Origin: Cetorhinus maximus
Lineage: Eukaryota
DNA: 64,000 nucleotides
Assembly (NCBI RefSeq): GCF_964194155.1
Contig: NC_135914.1
Location: 7,006,001 to 7,070,000 of the forward strand
Direction of reading: 5' to 3'
The stretch's first letter is position 1. Every line of letters starts with the position of its first letter. A model generated the notes under the pieces. The model was not told the origin of the DNA. It searched no databases and saw only the letters and a list, made by a program, of their open reading frames with translations. A program made the translations under genes and the position numbers. Shown in pieces: positions 1-44,444 of the stretch.

Positions 1-626
1 GTCTGGAAACATCACTGAAAGGGTTGAAAAACTGGGACTGTTCTCTGGTTTTCCAAATTACTTACATTCCATTGTGCGTGTCTCAACAAAATAAACCTAA
101 TTCCATACTGATGCAGTTTTATCCCCTACTCTCCCTTTTAAGTTTGCTTTCTGTCTGGAGTCCTTCTATCATCTCTGAGCATTCTTGTTTGAAATCCACT
201 CCAGGAGTGACAACTTTGCTCTGTTGTTTTTGAGCTGCACAGCTAAACATGTTGGAAAAGTTGAAGAGACCGCTGCTGAATATACACAATGGTTCTTTGA
301 CTTAATGGTTTAAAAATATTTTGCTGGTAAAGTTTTCACCAAGAAACTGCTTCTATTCTGGTTAAAGGCTGGAGTGTGTATTGGAGAGATTTTTTTTAAA
401 AGACAAAATTGAAAAGCTTGCAGCTGCAAAGCTTCTTGAAACATTGTAAAAAGCACGGTGTTTCAACAGTAACTCTTGTGATGTGGTGATCGTTATGTAG
501 AAAAATTGATAACTGGGGTGTAGTTAACACACAGTCTGAGAAATAAGCTCTATTTGGTCCTTCAAGCTTGGTTCTTAGTCTGGTTGTTGTGGGGTTCCTC
601 AAACCCGTAAAATCCTGCTCTTAACA
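1..626 (+). mobile_element. Probable 3' part of an LTR
   Basis: Ends ...ctcttaaca, like the TSD-supported LTRs at 23.7 and 25.6 kb. The 5' end is outside the window. Confidence 0.35.
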
Positions 627-689
627 GATGTAAAAGCAATTCCTGTTCACAAGTTAATTGATCCTGGAGCACATACTTTTTAAACCCAA

Positions 690-2600
690 TCCATGTGTTC
701 AGCATCATGTGCATAAGAGATGAAGTTATGTGATATAATTAAAGAAATTAGCATAGAAAGGAAGGAGGTTCTAAGTGGTCCGGCAGGCTTAAAAGTAGAT
801 AAATCTCCAGACCTGTATGAAATGTATCCCAGGCTGTTGAGTGAAGCAAGGGAGGAGATAGCAGGGGCGCTGGCAATAATTTTCAATACCTCTCTGGACA
901 CAGAAGAGGTGCCAGAGGACTGGAGGACCACCAATGTGGTACCATGATTCAAGAAGGGAGGAAGGGATAACAGGGAACTACAGGCCAGTCAGCCTAACCT
1001 CAGTGGTGGGGAAACTATTGGAAGCAATTCTGAGGGACAGAATTAATCTACACTTGGAGAGGCAGGGATTAATCAAGGACAGTCAGCATGGTTTTGTTAA
1101 AGGGAGGTCATGTCTGACCAATTTGATTGAATTTTTCGAAGAGGTGACCAGGTGTGTAGATGAGGACAATGCATTTGACGTAGTCTACTTGGACTTCAGC
1201 AAGGCTTTTGATAAGGTCCCGCATGGGAGACTGGTAACGAAGGTAAGAGCCCATGGGATCCAAGGCAATTTGACAAATTGGATCCAGAATTGGCTGAGTG
1301 GCAGGAAGCAGAGGGTGATGGTCGAGGGGTGTTTTTGTGACTGGATGCCTGTGTCCAGTGGGGTTCCACAGGGATCGGTGTTAGGTCCCTTGCTGTTTGT
1401 GGTATATATAAACGATTTAGACTTGAATGTAGGAGGGTTGATCAGTGAGTTCACGGGTGACACGAAAATTGGTGGGGTGGTAAATAGTGAGGAGGATAGC
1501 CTTAGATTACAGGAGGATATAGACGGGCTGGTCAGATGGGCTGATTTGTGGCAAATGGAATTTAATCCGGATAAGTGTGAGGTGATGCACTGGGGCAGGA
1601 CAAACAAGGCACGGGAATACACGATGAATGGTAGGACCCTGGGAAGTACCAAGGATCAGAGGGACCTTGGTGTGCATGCCCACCAGTCCCTTAAGGTAGC
1701 AGGACAGGTAGATAAGGTGGTAAAGGTGGCATATGGGATACTTGCCTTTATTAGCCAAGGCATAGAATATAAGAGCAGGGAGGTTATGCTGGAACTGTAT
1801 AAAACACTGGTTAGGCCACAGCTAGAGTATTGTGTGCAGTTCTGGAATCCACATTATAGGAAGGATGTGATTGCACTAGAGAGTGCAGAGGAGATTTACC
1901 AGGATGTTAAAAACAAAAAGCTAAAAGCTACTGCAGATGCTGGAAATCCAAAACAAAAACAGAATTACCTGGAAAAACTCAGCAGGTCTGGCAGCATCGG
2001 TGGAGATATTTCACCTTTCTCCTAACTATACTCAGTTCTGCCGAAGGGTCATGAAGACTCGAAACGTTAACTGATTTCTTCTCCACCGATGCTGCCAGAC
2101 CTGCTGAGTTTTTCCAGGTAATTCTGTTTTTGTTTTACCAGGATGTTGCCTGGGCTGGAGAGTTTTAGTTATGAGGAGAGATTGGATGGACTGGGGTTAT
2201 TTTCCCTGGAGCAGAGAAGATTGACAGAGGGACATGATTGAGGTGTATAAAATTATATGGGGCATAGATAGGGTAGATAGGAAGGAACTTTTCCTCTTGG
2301 AGGAGGGATCAATAACCAGGGGGCATAGATTTAAGGTAAGGGGCAGGAGGTTTAGAGGGAATGTGAGGAAGAATTTTTTTACCCAGAGGGCGATGGGAAT
2401 CTGGAACTCTGCCTGAAAGGGTGGTAGAGGCAGAAACTCTCATAATATTTAAGAAGTATTTGGATGTGCACTTGCGATGCCACGGCATACAAGGCTATGG
2501 GCCTAGTGCTGGAAAATGGGATTATAATAGTTAGGTACTTGTTTGACTGGCGCAGACTCAATGGCCAAAGGGCCTTTTTCTCTGCTGTAGACCTCTATGA
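690..2600 (+). mobile_element. 5'-truncated CR1 LINE (RT region, frameshifted) with nested insertion at ~1909-2136
   Basis: [49 protein letters not shown], degenerate FADD, YKTLVRPQLEYC, TRGHRFK, NFFTQR. Confidence 0.93.
1909..2136. mobile_element. Short palindromic (Penelope-like) insertion within CR1
   Basis: Perfect ~57-bp inverted arms (1950-2006 / 2080-2136), flanked by duplicated tttaccaggatgtt (1895-1908, 2134-2147). The family call is an inference. Confidence 0.75.
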
Positions 2601-3615
2601 CTCTGAGGTTCTAATCTCTTGGGTAACAGTTTGTGCTTCTTATTTTTAAATAACTATATTACTGAGCTGTACTTGAATTTGCATATTGAACTTGGTCACC
2701 GTACTTTCAAGTGCACACTGCTTTGTAAGTTGATTAGTACTTGGAGGTGCCTACACTTAGGATCCTGATACAGTTCTTCACCCCGGGAATGAGGGGATAA
2801 TATTTATCAGGATCATTCCTTGGCAAGGCACAATGTTCTCAGAAGAGCAATAGTGTTGGCAGTCTTGGGTGTGTGATAGTAATTGGACAGGGTTGTACCC
2901 TCTGGGAGGCTTGGGGAAGAATGCAGGGGATCTTGTTGGCAACAGGCCTTTGCTTGTGCTCTTTGTTCCAGTGATTTGGTACATCAGTGTGGACTGGCAA
3001 AGAGTGAAAATGAAACGTGAAATGGCTTAATGGGTTCTAAAATAAACAGCCACCTGTTTTGCACGTGTAAACTGCAGTAAGTTTGAGAAGTTATGTGGAG
3101 TTTTAATTTAGGAAACTAGGATGATTAAAAGTATCTTCTGAATCCAAATGGAAAATGGCCCGCAACTTGTGCTCATTCCTCAGTCGCACCGGCTGTTATT
3201 TCAGCGCATCTCAATCATCTTTCACACACCAACAGTTGCTTGGAAAAGGAACCATTTATGTGCAGCAGGGCTCTTATTTTGACTATATTCTCAGTCAAGT
3301 GTAAAGACACTTGTTTGAGTGAGTTATATGTTTAGCAGGGTGTGCATATATTTGCAGGGTATTGAATTGGTTTGTTTGCTCTGCCTTGGTTTAAGAGGGA
3401 CTGTGTGCAAAGGGAAAATCCAGGATCTTAATATAGCTCAGCCCTGGAAGATGGAAATTGAAACTGCAAAATAAAAATGCTGAACTAAGGAAACCTCTTC
3501 TCCATTGGGAACCAGACTAAACAACACTTTTTCTGGGGTTTTTTTCTGTATTCTTCAACAGAGACCTGGTGTAACTTTCAACAGATTGACTTGTTGCTTG
3601 GCAGTATGGAACTTG

Positions 3616-4097
3616 AATATTGCTGAAAAGAGACATGTTGCTGAAGCTTTTTGTCTTGCACTCATCAGGACAAATGCAACAATTTCAAATGATCACAGCA
3701 ATTTATACTACAGGAGAAAAATGAGCTGATTGGTTGGCAAGTCCTCTTCGATTGGACGAGACGTTGCCATGGAGAAAGTAATGGGGAACTATGGGCTCCC
3801 CAAGCTCCTGGATAATTCGAAAAGACGCAAGGCTTGAACATATTCCTTTTCTTTGCTGAGAACGGGATCCCTACATATGAATGTATGTCACTTCTAGCAA
3901 ACAGGGACCCATTGTCCATGGCCACATTGATTAGCTGAGGTGTTACAATGGAGAAAGCAGGGTCGACTTGTCAATCAATCAGCTCCTTTTTTCTCCTGTA
4001 GTGTAAACTGTTGTGATTGTTGAAATTTGGCATTCTGATGTCCTGATGCGTAAAAGACAAAAGGTTTCGGCAACATGCCTCTCTTTACATCAATATT
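3616..4097. mobile_element. Palindromic element with ~130-bp imperfect inverted arms (Penelope-like or MITE)
   Basis: aatattgctgaaaagagacatgttgctgaagc...gagctgattggttggcaagtc pairs with gacttgtcaatcaatcagctc...cggcaacatgcctctctttacatcaatatt. Confidence 0.7.
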
Positions 4098-6049
4098 TCA
4101 GATTGACTTCAGGTGTCTTTCATTTGACAATGAGATTTACATAGAAAAATTTCAATCATGTTGCTTTATTGTAAAAGCACTGCTCATATGTAGGGTTTGA
4201 TGTAGAATCATTGATTTTATTCTCTCTCTCTTTGTTCCACGCCCCAAAGCCACTGTGTCCTACACAGCAGCACAGTTTTAAATTTGATTCTCTAATTTCT
4301 GCTGATTTGGCTGATGTCAGTGGTGAAGGCACATTGCATTGCTCTGAGTTAGGGAGTGGGGTGGGGGGGGGTGGAAATATCTTTATATGACTTAACCTGC
4401 ATGCCAAAGGTGGCCCCTTTGGGTGCGTAGCAGCAGTGCTCATTGCTGATCATTTTCACCGAAGCTTTAACTTACAACTTAATATGCAAAATCATTTGAG
4501 AAAATCATGAACATATATATCTATCCCACTGTCCCTGGCTCATTTCACAGGTGTCCCCAAGCCCCACACAATTCCTCAGCCAAGAGAGTGGATAGGCTGC
4601 TTCTTCCTACTCGGCACCCCACTCATGTGCGAGGTACAAACCTGTGGGTTTAAAACCTGCATTGCACCCCATCCATGCTACCTTGGCTAGCTTTGTTCAG
4701 AGTAATATTACTGCTATAGCAAAACACAGCAAAACAAAGTTGATGCTCTTAATTCATCCTGTCAAACTGCTTTCATGCCACCAGTGACAGACCTGTAACC
4801 ACCACACTTATTCACCCTAATATAGAACACAAATCATACTTGCCAAGCACCGACCACTCTTGTTTAGAAGCCTCAAGTCTAATTGTACTGCTGAATATTT
4901 TTCAAGCTCAAGTGGATATTGTGCAAGTATCACACACCCATCATACTGGCTGTAACACCACAAAATGTGAAGGATAACGGAACCCTGCAGTTGATCTGAG
5001 TTTGGACCACAAGATTAGAGTCTGCCTGTCCACACTTGCCTGTCCACTTATCGTATGTTCAATCACTATGTATATAAAAATCACTGAAATTTAATCTGTA
5101 GTTGATGACCAACGTTGTTGTTAATGTATAGTATCCAGCCTCCAGTTTCTGGATTTAATTTTTGTGTTTGCTGTTATCCATAAATATTTTAAATGTGGAG
5201 CTTTCAAGCCCAAACGGGGAGTGCCAAGGGGCCTCCACCACTAACTAGTTATTGAGGCAACCTTTTCTGGGTGCCCAGGACTATTCCCATCTTGGAGAAA
5301 AATCAACATGTGCTATAACACAGCTTCTTTGTCAGTTTCCAACACTTTCCTCCCTAAAACATAGAACTTGCAACACAGGTACTTGGCCTGTGCTGGCTTA
5401 TGCTCCACACCTGTCTCCTTTTATATCATTTATTTCATCATCAAATGAACATATCCTTCTATTCTTTTCTCCTCCATGTACTTACTGAGCTTATCCTTAA
5501 ATTGGAGTGTTTTAAAATAATTCTGAATCCATTACTGAATTTATCCAAAATCTGAACTTGTCAACCTCTGTGCCTTTTTGCTCAATGTTCCACTTTTTCG
5601 TGCCTTTCCCAGCACATGTCTCATCCAGCTATACTTAATGGAGTCTAGAACATCTCTGCAATACTGCATCCTCCGCAAAAGAAACCTGTAACCCAGTTGT
5701 TCTTCAAAAGAAAATTCCAATTAACTAGCTTTTGTAGCAAAGATTAACAAATCTTTGTGCAAGAGTTGCCCCAAATCTTTGTGTTTAGATTTGATTGTCT
5801 TATCTTCCATAAAATGTTGAAATAAAAACCCCACAGAAAACAAGAACTGTTGTCCATTTTTGTGTTGGTCAATTCAGCAGCTTGACACAAAGACTTGTCA
5901 CCTTTTTGGGCCTCCAAACCAAGCCGCTGGGATGCTCACTGGTAGAGTTTCTCTTTGTCTATAATGTGAACTGCATTCTCTCTCCCCAGAGGAACACACC
6001 TCTGGTATATTGTCATTGGACACTGTACAGAAAGCAAGACGTGCCTTTC

Positions 6050-6708
6050 TTTATGCATTCACGGGATGTGGGCTTTGCTGGCTGGGCCAGCATTTATTGC
6101 CCATCTCTAATTGCCCTTGTGAAGGTGGTGGTGAGCTGCCTTCTTGAACCGCTGTAGTCCCTGTGGTGTAGGTACACCCACAGTGCTGTTAGGAAGGGAG
6201 TTCCAAGATTTTGACCCAACAACAGTGAAGGAACGGTGATATATTTCCAAGTCAGGATGGTGAGTGGCTTGGAGGGAAACTTCTAGGTGGTGATATTCCC
6301 ATCTGTCTTTGCCCTTCTCCTTCTAGGTGGTAGCGGTCATGGGTTTGGAAGGTGCTGTCTAAGGAGCCTTGGTGAATTCCTGCAGTGCATCTTGTAGATG
6401 GTACACACTGCTGCGACTGTGTGTCGGTGGTGGAGGGAGTGGATGTGATGCCAATCAAGCGGGCTGCTTTGTCCTGGATGGTGTTGAGCTTCTTGAGTGT
6501 TGTGGGAGCTGCACTCCTCCAGGCAAGTGGGGAGTATCCCATCACACTCCTGACTTGTGCCTTGTACATGGTGAACAGACTTTGGGGAGTCAGGAGGTGA
6601 GTTACTCACCACAGGATCCCTAGCCTCTGACCTGCTCTTGCAGCCACAGTATTTATATGTCTAGACCAGTTCTGTTTTTGGTCCATGGTAACCCCCAGGA
6701 TGTTGATT
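6050..6708 (-). mobile_element. L2/CR1-group LINE 3' fragment
   Basis: YKAQVRSVMGYSPLAW...LKKLNTIQDKAARLIG, plus a 3' tail shared with several SINE copies. Confidence 0.8.
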
Positions 6709-7311
6709 TCCATACAGTGCCATTCACGACTTCGGGAAGTTCCAAAGCGTTTTACGGCCGTTGAACCGTTGTCAATGGGAATATTGGGAACCTGGGAGCT
6801 GCTCGGTGCCTTTACGTCTCCAGATTTTTTTTTTCAATCCTGTTCCGTAGGATCAATGTAGCTCATTGCCCTTTAAGGTTTGGCATTGGTTGCTAGTCTC
6901 TAGCGCTTTGATATGCTGTGCGGAGAGGCAATGCTAGCCAGTTTGCTTCAATGGATCCAGTGGCTCTAACTTGGCGACAATTTACAGAACCTTTTATCTT
7001 GATGTTCTCAGAACAGTGCGGCCGATCGGACAGAGCTGCATGTGCATTGCACACCGGCACTCGGAATTCCGTCCACCGCCAGCGATAGGTCCCTAGCTGT
7101 GGTATTCTGCCGCTAAAATTGTTCTGCCAAGTTTGGAGAGAGCGAGAAGACAATTCTGTGCCTGGGTGTTTTCAAGGAAACCCAGAAAATTTTGAGCAGC
7201 CACCGTTACACTTCACTGCCACCCCAGTGACGGGCGTAAGATAGATGTAGCAAGTTGCGTGGAAGCGACCAACTTCTAGAACTACTAATGTTGCAGAGCG
7301 GTAGTTTTTTT

Positions 7312-7352
7312 TGACGAAACGAAAGTGAAACTTGTCACGGTTCCCTATAAAA
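7312..7352 (+). promoter_or_regulatory. Candidate interferon-inducible ADAR promoter core: tandem ISRE/IRF-E plus TATA box
   Basis: TGACGAAACGAAAGTGAAACT (7312-7332) followed by TATAAAA (7346-7352), in a locally CpG-enriched stretch ~2.9 kb upstream of the exon 2 acceptor. Confidence 0.7.
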
Positions 7353-10297
7353 TGGTTTTGCCAGCAGGAGAGGTGGAGCCTCTTAAATCACATAACCAGT
7401 GTATGATCAGGCCCTGTAAAACTCCCCTCGGGTTAGGGATGGGCAAGTCACTTCCCATTACCAGGCAGTGCGGAGCGGAATCAAAACTGAAACTGGGGCC
7501 TAGTTGAAGGGACTGTCGAAGGCAGTATCTGCAGCTAACTCTGCTTGAAATCAAGTAGGATTCTTGTGGCAAAAACTGTGCCATTTAGTCTTTGTGACTG
7601 ATCAATATAAAGATAAGTAACTGTTAGTAAGAGATCTGCCTGTATGTGACTTGTTTTTATGTAGAGTGAACTGTGGGATTCCAGAAGTGAATGCCCTTTC
7701 CTAGGGATCAAGTTAGTTTGAAATCTTGGTGTCCTGTGCCAAAACAATTGGCTAAATTTTAGACTCCCAATGCCAATTCACACGTGCCCCAAAGTTTCAG
7801 ATAGAGATTCATCTGACTTTCATTGACTAGGAAGCTTCAAGCCAGTTCATTTCCAGCAACGCCGTGACAGGGAGACTCGAGGCTGAAACTGCTGCTCCAA
7901 ACTACAGACCCTGTCAGGGCTTCCCCCTCTGCTTAAAGGTGGTGCTGTTCCAGGAGTGTGTTTAACCACAGGTACTTTATGGTGAAGCTTGTTCATTTGT
8001 GCTGTGACTTAAAATTCTAAGCATTTCATTCAGCTGGTTCCCTTCTGCGGAGCAGTTTATCCCAGCTTTGTTTTGCTAAATATCTGATGATCTAATTATC
8101 TGCGCTTGCTCACTGGTGTGTGTTGTTGGTACCAATACACAAGCTGTTTTTATACCGTTGTGTTGGTGTTGGCTCTTGGCATGCAGTCTTTGCGCAGCCA
8201 GTGATAGTAAAGTAAATATGCCAGGAACAGGAGGCTGGAAGGTCTATTTTTTACCAGGTCTTCTGTCTGTTGGCCTTAGAGAATTGCATAGAAAATACAA
8301 TGCAACAGACCATTTGGCCCAACTGATCTATGCTGGTGTTAATACTCCACATGAGCCGGCTTCCACCCCATTTTATCTCATTCAATCTGTACATCTTTCT
8401 ATTCTTTTCTCCCTCACGTGCTTCCTCTTAAATACATCTCTACTGTTACCTCAGCTGTGAATTTCACATTAGGGATGGGCAATAAATGCTGGCCTAGCCA
8501 GCGACCCCCACATCCTGTAAATGAATTTTAAAAATTCTCCCCACTCTCTGGGGAAAGGAGTTCCTTCTGAATTCCCTATTGGATCTATTAGTGACTGTCT
8601 TACATGTAAAGCCCTCAGTTTTGGCCTCACCTCACCACCTCGCTTTTCCTCCCACCTCTCCCCCCAGGTAGTGTCCAGTGACTGTACTAGCTGACTGTAC
8701 AAGGCTCACACAGATGGCATCAGTATGACATTGCAGCAATATACAAGTAGGTTCAGCATAGATCCACAGCAATGTGAGTGATTCTTAACTGCCCTCTGAA
8801 AAGGCTGAGCAAGCCATTCAGTTATTAAGAGGGTGGTTCATCACCACCACCACCTTCTCAAGGGCAATTAATGATGGGCAGTAAATTCTGGACTTGCCTT
8901 TGCCCGCATCCTATGGATGAATTTTTCTTTTAAATGTGTAATGGAATAACAAACAGCCTGTGGAGTGGCTGGTTCCAAAATATTTGACCCAGGGAATATT
9001 GGAGAGGAGTTAACAAAATTATTTTTATATTTAAAAATAAAATTTAATTACAGAATAAGTTTCCTTTCCAAGTTCTTAATGCCTTGCAGTCTCCCCTTGA
9101 TTTCTGTAAGCCAAGTCCAGTTCCATCAGAATTAGTGTTTGTGATGTGATGGAACTGAGGTGCATGTTCTTGTCCAGCTGAAACTTGACCCCACTTCTTA
9201 CCCCATCACCACTTCCAGGTTACCTGACCTGAAGGAATGTGGATCTTGGCAGAGATCGTGTTGTCTTCATTGCTTTCCATAGTGCTGTTTCTAGAATTTT
9301 AATTGTTTTGTTCTCTGGAGGGATATGGAGATCAGTAATTGAAGCAGTAGGTTTCAATACATTTTCTTAATTAAAATATAATTGTTCAGCAGACAACTTG
9401 CAGGAATCCTCATTCTCCACAATCTCCCAGCCCTAAGTTACTCTCCTTTTCCTGCCTCTGCCTCTTCCCTAACAGAATGTAATGCTCACTACCATGTTGA
9501 TTGGTTGATGGCTCAGCACAGATACACTTCGGGAGAACCTGAATACCTGCACGGGGGCGAAAGTAATAGGAGGATATGTTGATGGAGTGAGATGCAGGAG
9601 GAGATTGATGTGGAATGTAAACCCTTAGCATAGGCCTCTTGGGCGGAATGGCTGTAAAATTGTGTGTGTGTGTAATAGGGTTGTGAGCATGCTAAAAAAA
9701 AATACTAGCAGTTTTCACCGAATCTTTGCCTTGTGCAAATTAATCAGAGATCAGCACATCAGGGAGGCACTTAACAGCTTATACCGGCAATTTCATACAT
9801 AGAATTATATAGAAAGCAAGCTACCTGGTCCAACCAGTCCATGTTGTTTATTCCCCTCATGAAATATTTGTACAATGTGCTGTGAATGGCTAAGTTCAGT
9901 ACTGCTGATACCACCACATTAAGACAATAAACCCTGGGGTTCAGTAGCACCCTGGGCCTGAATTGCATTGAGAGCTATGGATGGATGCAGCACAAAACAT
10001 AGACACACCCTCTCACTGCAAAAATGTGTGATTGCACTTGTACTTAGCCCAAATGGCTGTTCTGCCTGACCATCCCAGCTCGTGAATGTTGACAGGTATC
10101 ATAACCCATCCTGTCATCACTCCAAAGCCCTCACGCTAATTTTCCAGCAAGAGTCACTGGGTGGCCTTCAGGATAGGGAACCCTAGCTTATTTTATGCTG
10201 TAGATCTATTCTGTGTCCGTAATGTTGATTTTCTTTTTTTTTTAAAGGTGTATTCAAGTGATTCGATCAATTGAACCAAGATTCTGGTTCCATCTGC

Positions 10298-10350
10298 ATG
10301 CCCTTTTGTGTGTTGACAAAGGCAAACCCCACTGCTCTTATTAAAGAGCT

Positions 10351-10354
<4 letters not shown>
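10298..10354 (+). other. 18-codon uORF (MPFCVLTKANPTALIKEL*) whose TGA overlaps the ADAR start codon (ATGA)
   Basis: ATG 10298-10300 is open to TGA 10352-10354, downstream of the exon 2 acceptor. Translation is unproven. Confidence 0.6.
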
Positions 10355-42103
<31,749 letters not shown>

Positions 42104-43954
42104 GGGACAGGAAGGGTGAAAGGGGGAACAATTCTGTACAGAGGTTGTAGAGAATTTAAAAAAAAAACGCAGAAAACTTTTTTTTAAAAAAAAAGTTACC
42201 ACACAATTCCCAACATTCCTTTATAAATCTGTCAAATGTTTATAATCGAATGTAGTTTAAAAAATAATGATGTAGGCCTGATTTTAAAAGGAGAGTCACT
42301 TAAGCTAAGAATCGTAGGGATTGGGGATGGAGGGTGACCTCTTTCACGCAAATACTTCCACAAGATCAGGTGCTGCGTGTTCCTCTTGAGAAGGAAGTGC
42401 TTGGAGTGGGATACCCAGACACAGCGCGACACTAATAATTCTTTGTCCTGGATTGTTATTGGACCAACTGCATGACTCTGAAAAGGACGGGGATGAGGAG
42501 AGAGAAAGCAAGGGCGCATATGGTTGATAGATATCCAGCGGCAGCAGACTGTAGTCATGTTGCCGGTGCTTAGAACTCACTGCCTTCTCCATTCTCATTT
42601 CTCCCCACCCCCAGAGTCCCCGCTTGCCTGCTTAGTAGCTTCAAGACACTGGTTACATTTGCTTGCAGTCAGGTGATGGAACGAATTGAGGAGCCAAGTT
42701 TTTGACTGTTATACTTTAATTGAAATTTCCGCAGAGACAACTTTGCGAAAATTTAAATTTAAAAGTTACGCTCAAAAAAAACTTTGCTCCTCTCTCTCTC
42801 TCTCTCTCTGCCTATTTCGGAGAGCGATCCGCATGAGGTCAGTAGACCACATGGTTTTACCCGAGTTATAGTTCCACATCTGAGGCGCTCGCTCTCCTTT
42901 CCCTTACTTCCCAGCTATGTTTCTATCACCTGTTGTTCTCCCTGTTCGAGAGTCGAACATGAGGATGAAGAGCACCTGTTAGAGTAATGGAAGCTGTACC
43001 CTTGAAATGCTGCACCCTTGTAAGTTGGTCCACCATCTCCAGGAGAGGGTAGAGATTTTTGGGGGAGATGGGGAGGGACTATCAACAGGATAGGAACATG
43101 ATCAGAAGCCAAATTATTTGTTGCTGCTTTGTTGGAAGATAGCGTCTCGTAATTTGACCTTCTGTTCTTCGAGGTAGTTGCAGACACTGACAATGTTTGA
43201 TATCTTGGCATGGGATTGCTGCGTGACTTCCATCAGGTGTAGGAGTAAGGCAGGTGCAGTCTTGTATGGAGCGATGAGCTAGGTGGGTCCAAAGCGCCTC
43301 CCTTACATACATGTGTCCAAGTGAAATCACTGCAGTCCTGTTAGTGTTGCATGTTTTTCTTTTGTTTGTTCAAAGACTGACCAACAACTGTGTGGAACTT
43401 TGAAGCAAAACCCCAAAGTATTAAAAGCTGCTCAGAGCTTGCGCTCGCAGCGTTAAACCTGTCTTGCACCTTCACAGACAGACCTGCGCGTTTCCATCCC
43501 TCCATGAGCACTGCGTGATGCCTATGACAGGACATCAGCACACAGGCTGAGCTTGGCTGTCTCCCAGCTGCTTTTACAAACTGTTTCCACCCTCTTCATA
43601 CAATGCAACTGGGGGGTTGGTTAATGAGAGTGCCACTGACCTGTCCCCTTGGGGTGAGGTGCCTGCTGCTGAGCCCCAGGGTTTGTGCCAAGATGTTGGC
43701 CTGATTCAAGGCCGTTTTATCTCCTGCAACTACCTGCCTCCCACCCAAAGCTTTGGGCACCTGATGTTGTGAGAGTTTGCAGTTACAGAGCCTGGATGCC
43801 TGCTGTTCTCTATGAAGAATGTTGGCACAGGGTGGTTAGAGAAATCGAGTCCATGGAATGAAGTAGAACCATCTTGTGGTCCTTCACCTCTGGGGACCAG
43901 CCTTGAGTCCAGCACAGAATGCTGAAAATCAGCACTTGTAGTTAACTTGTTGAG

Positions 43955-44112
43955 CTGTATAATACTGGGGTACAGTACTGGTGGGGACAGGTCTATCACT
44001 ATAACACTGGGGTACAGTACTGGTGGGGACGGGTCTGTCCCTGTGTAACACTGGGGTACAGTACTGGTGGAACAGGTCTGTTGCTGTATAACACGGGTGT
44101 AGCACTGGTGGG
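43955..44112. repeat. ~42-46-bp minisatellite, ~3.5 copies, in the probable ADAR 3' UTR
   Basis: actggggtacagtactggtggggac units. Confidence 0.85.
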
Positions 44113-44438
44113 TGCAAGTCTTTCGATGGAGCTAGCAGCAAAGGAATCAGTTTGTGGTACTGACTGAGCTGAGTATTGGCCATAGGTGAAGACTGAGTTT
44201 GTCGAAGGGTTTCTGGCTGTGTTTTCAGCCACTACAGATGGGTGCTATTGCCTGCATGGTTCACACAGTCAAGTATGCCCCTACCACTCATCCTCACCAC
44301 TGTGTAAGTTTTTACTTGTTTGAGAAGTGGGTAGCAGTCAGGGTCTTGCACCATTACTTGCAGTGGTGAGCGAATGTTTAATGAGCATCGTACTTTCTCT
44401 TAGCAATTGTGAAGAAACTTGCCAGTGTATTTTTTTTA

Positions 44439-44444
44439 AATAAA
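44439..44444 (+). terminator. Candidate proximal ADAR polyadenylation signal AATAAA
   Basis: AATAAA ~2.3 kb after the stop in AT-rich context; another at 44726-44731. Confidence 0.4.

Noticed and set aside
934-2025. 363-aa RT ORF as an active or domesticated gene
   Set aside because: 5'-truncated CR1 with a degenerate catalytic motif (FTGD), frameshifts and a nested insertion.
6734-6743. NF-kB-like GGGAAGTTCC upstream of the ISRE
   Set aside because: Appears to lie in a decayed SINE fragment; a single imperfect match.
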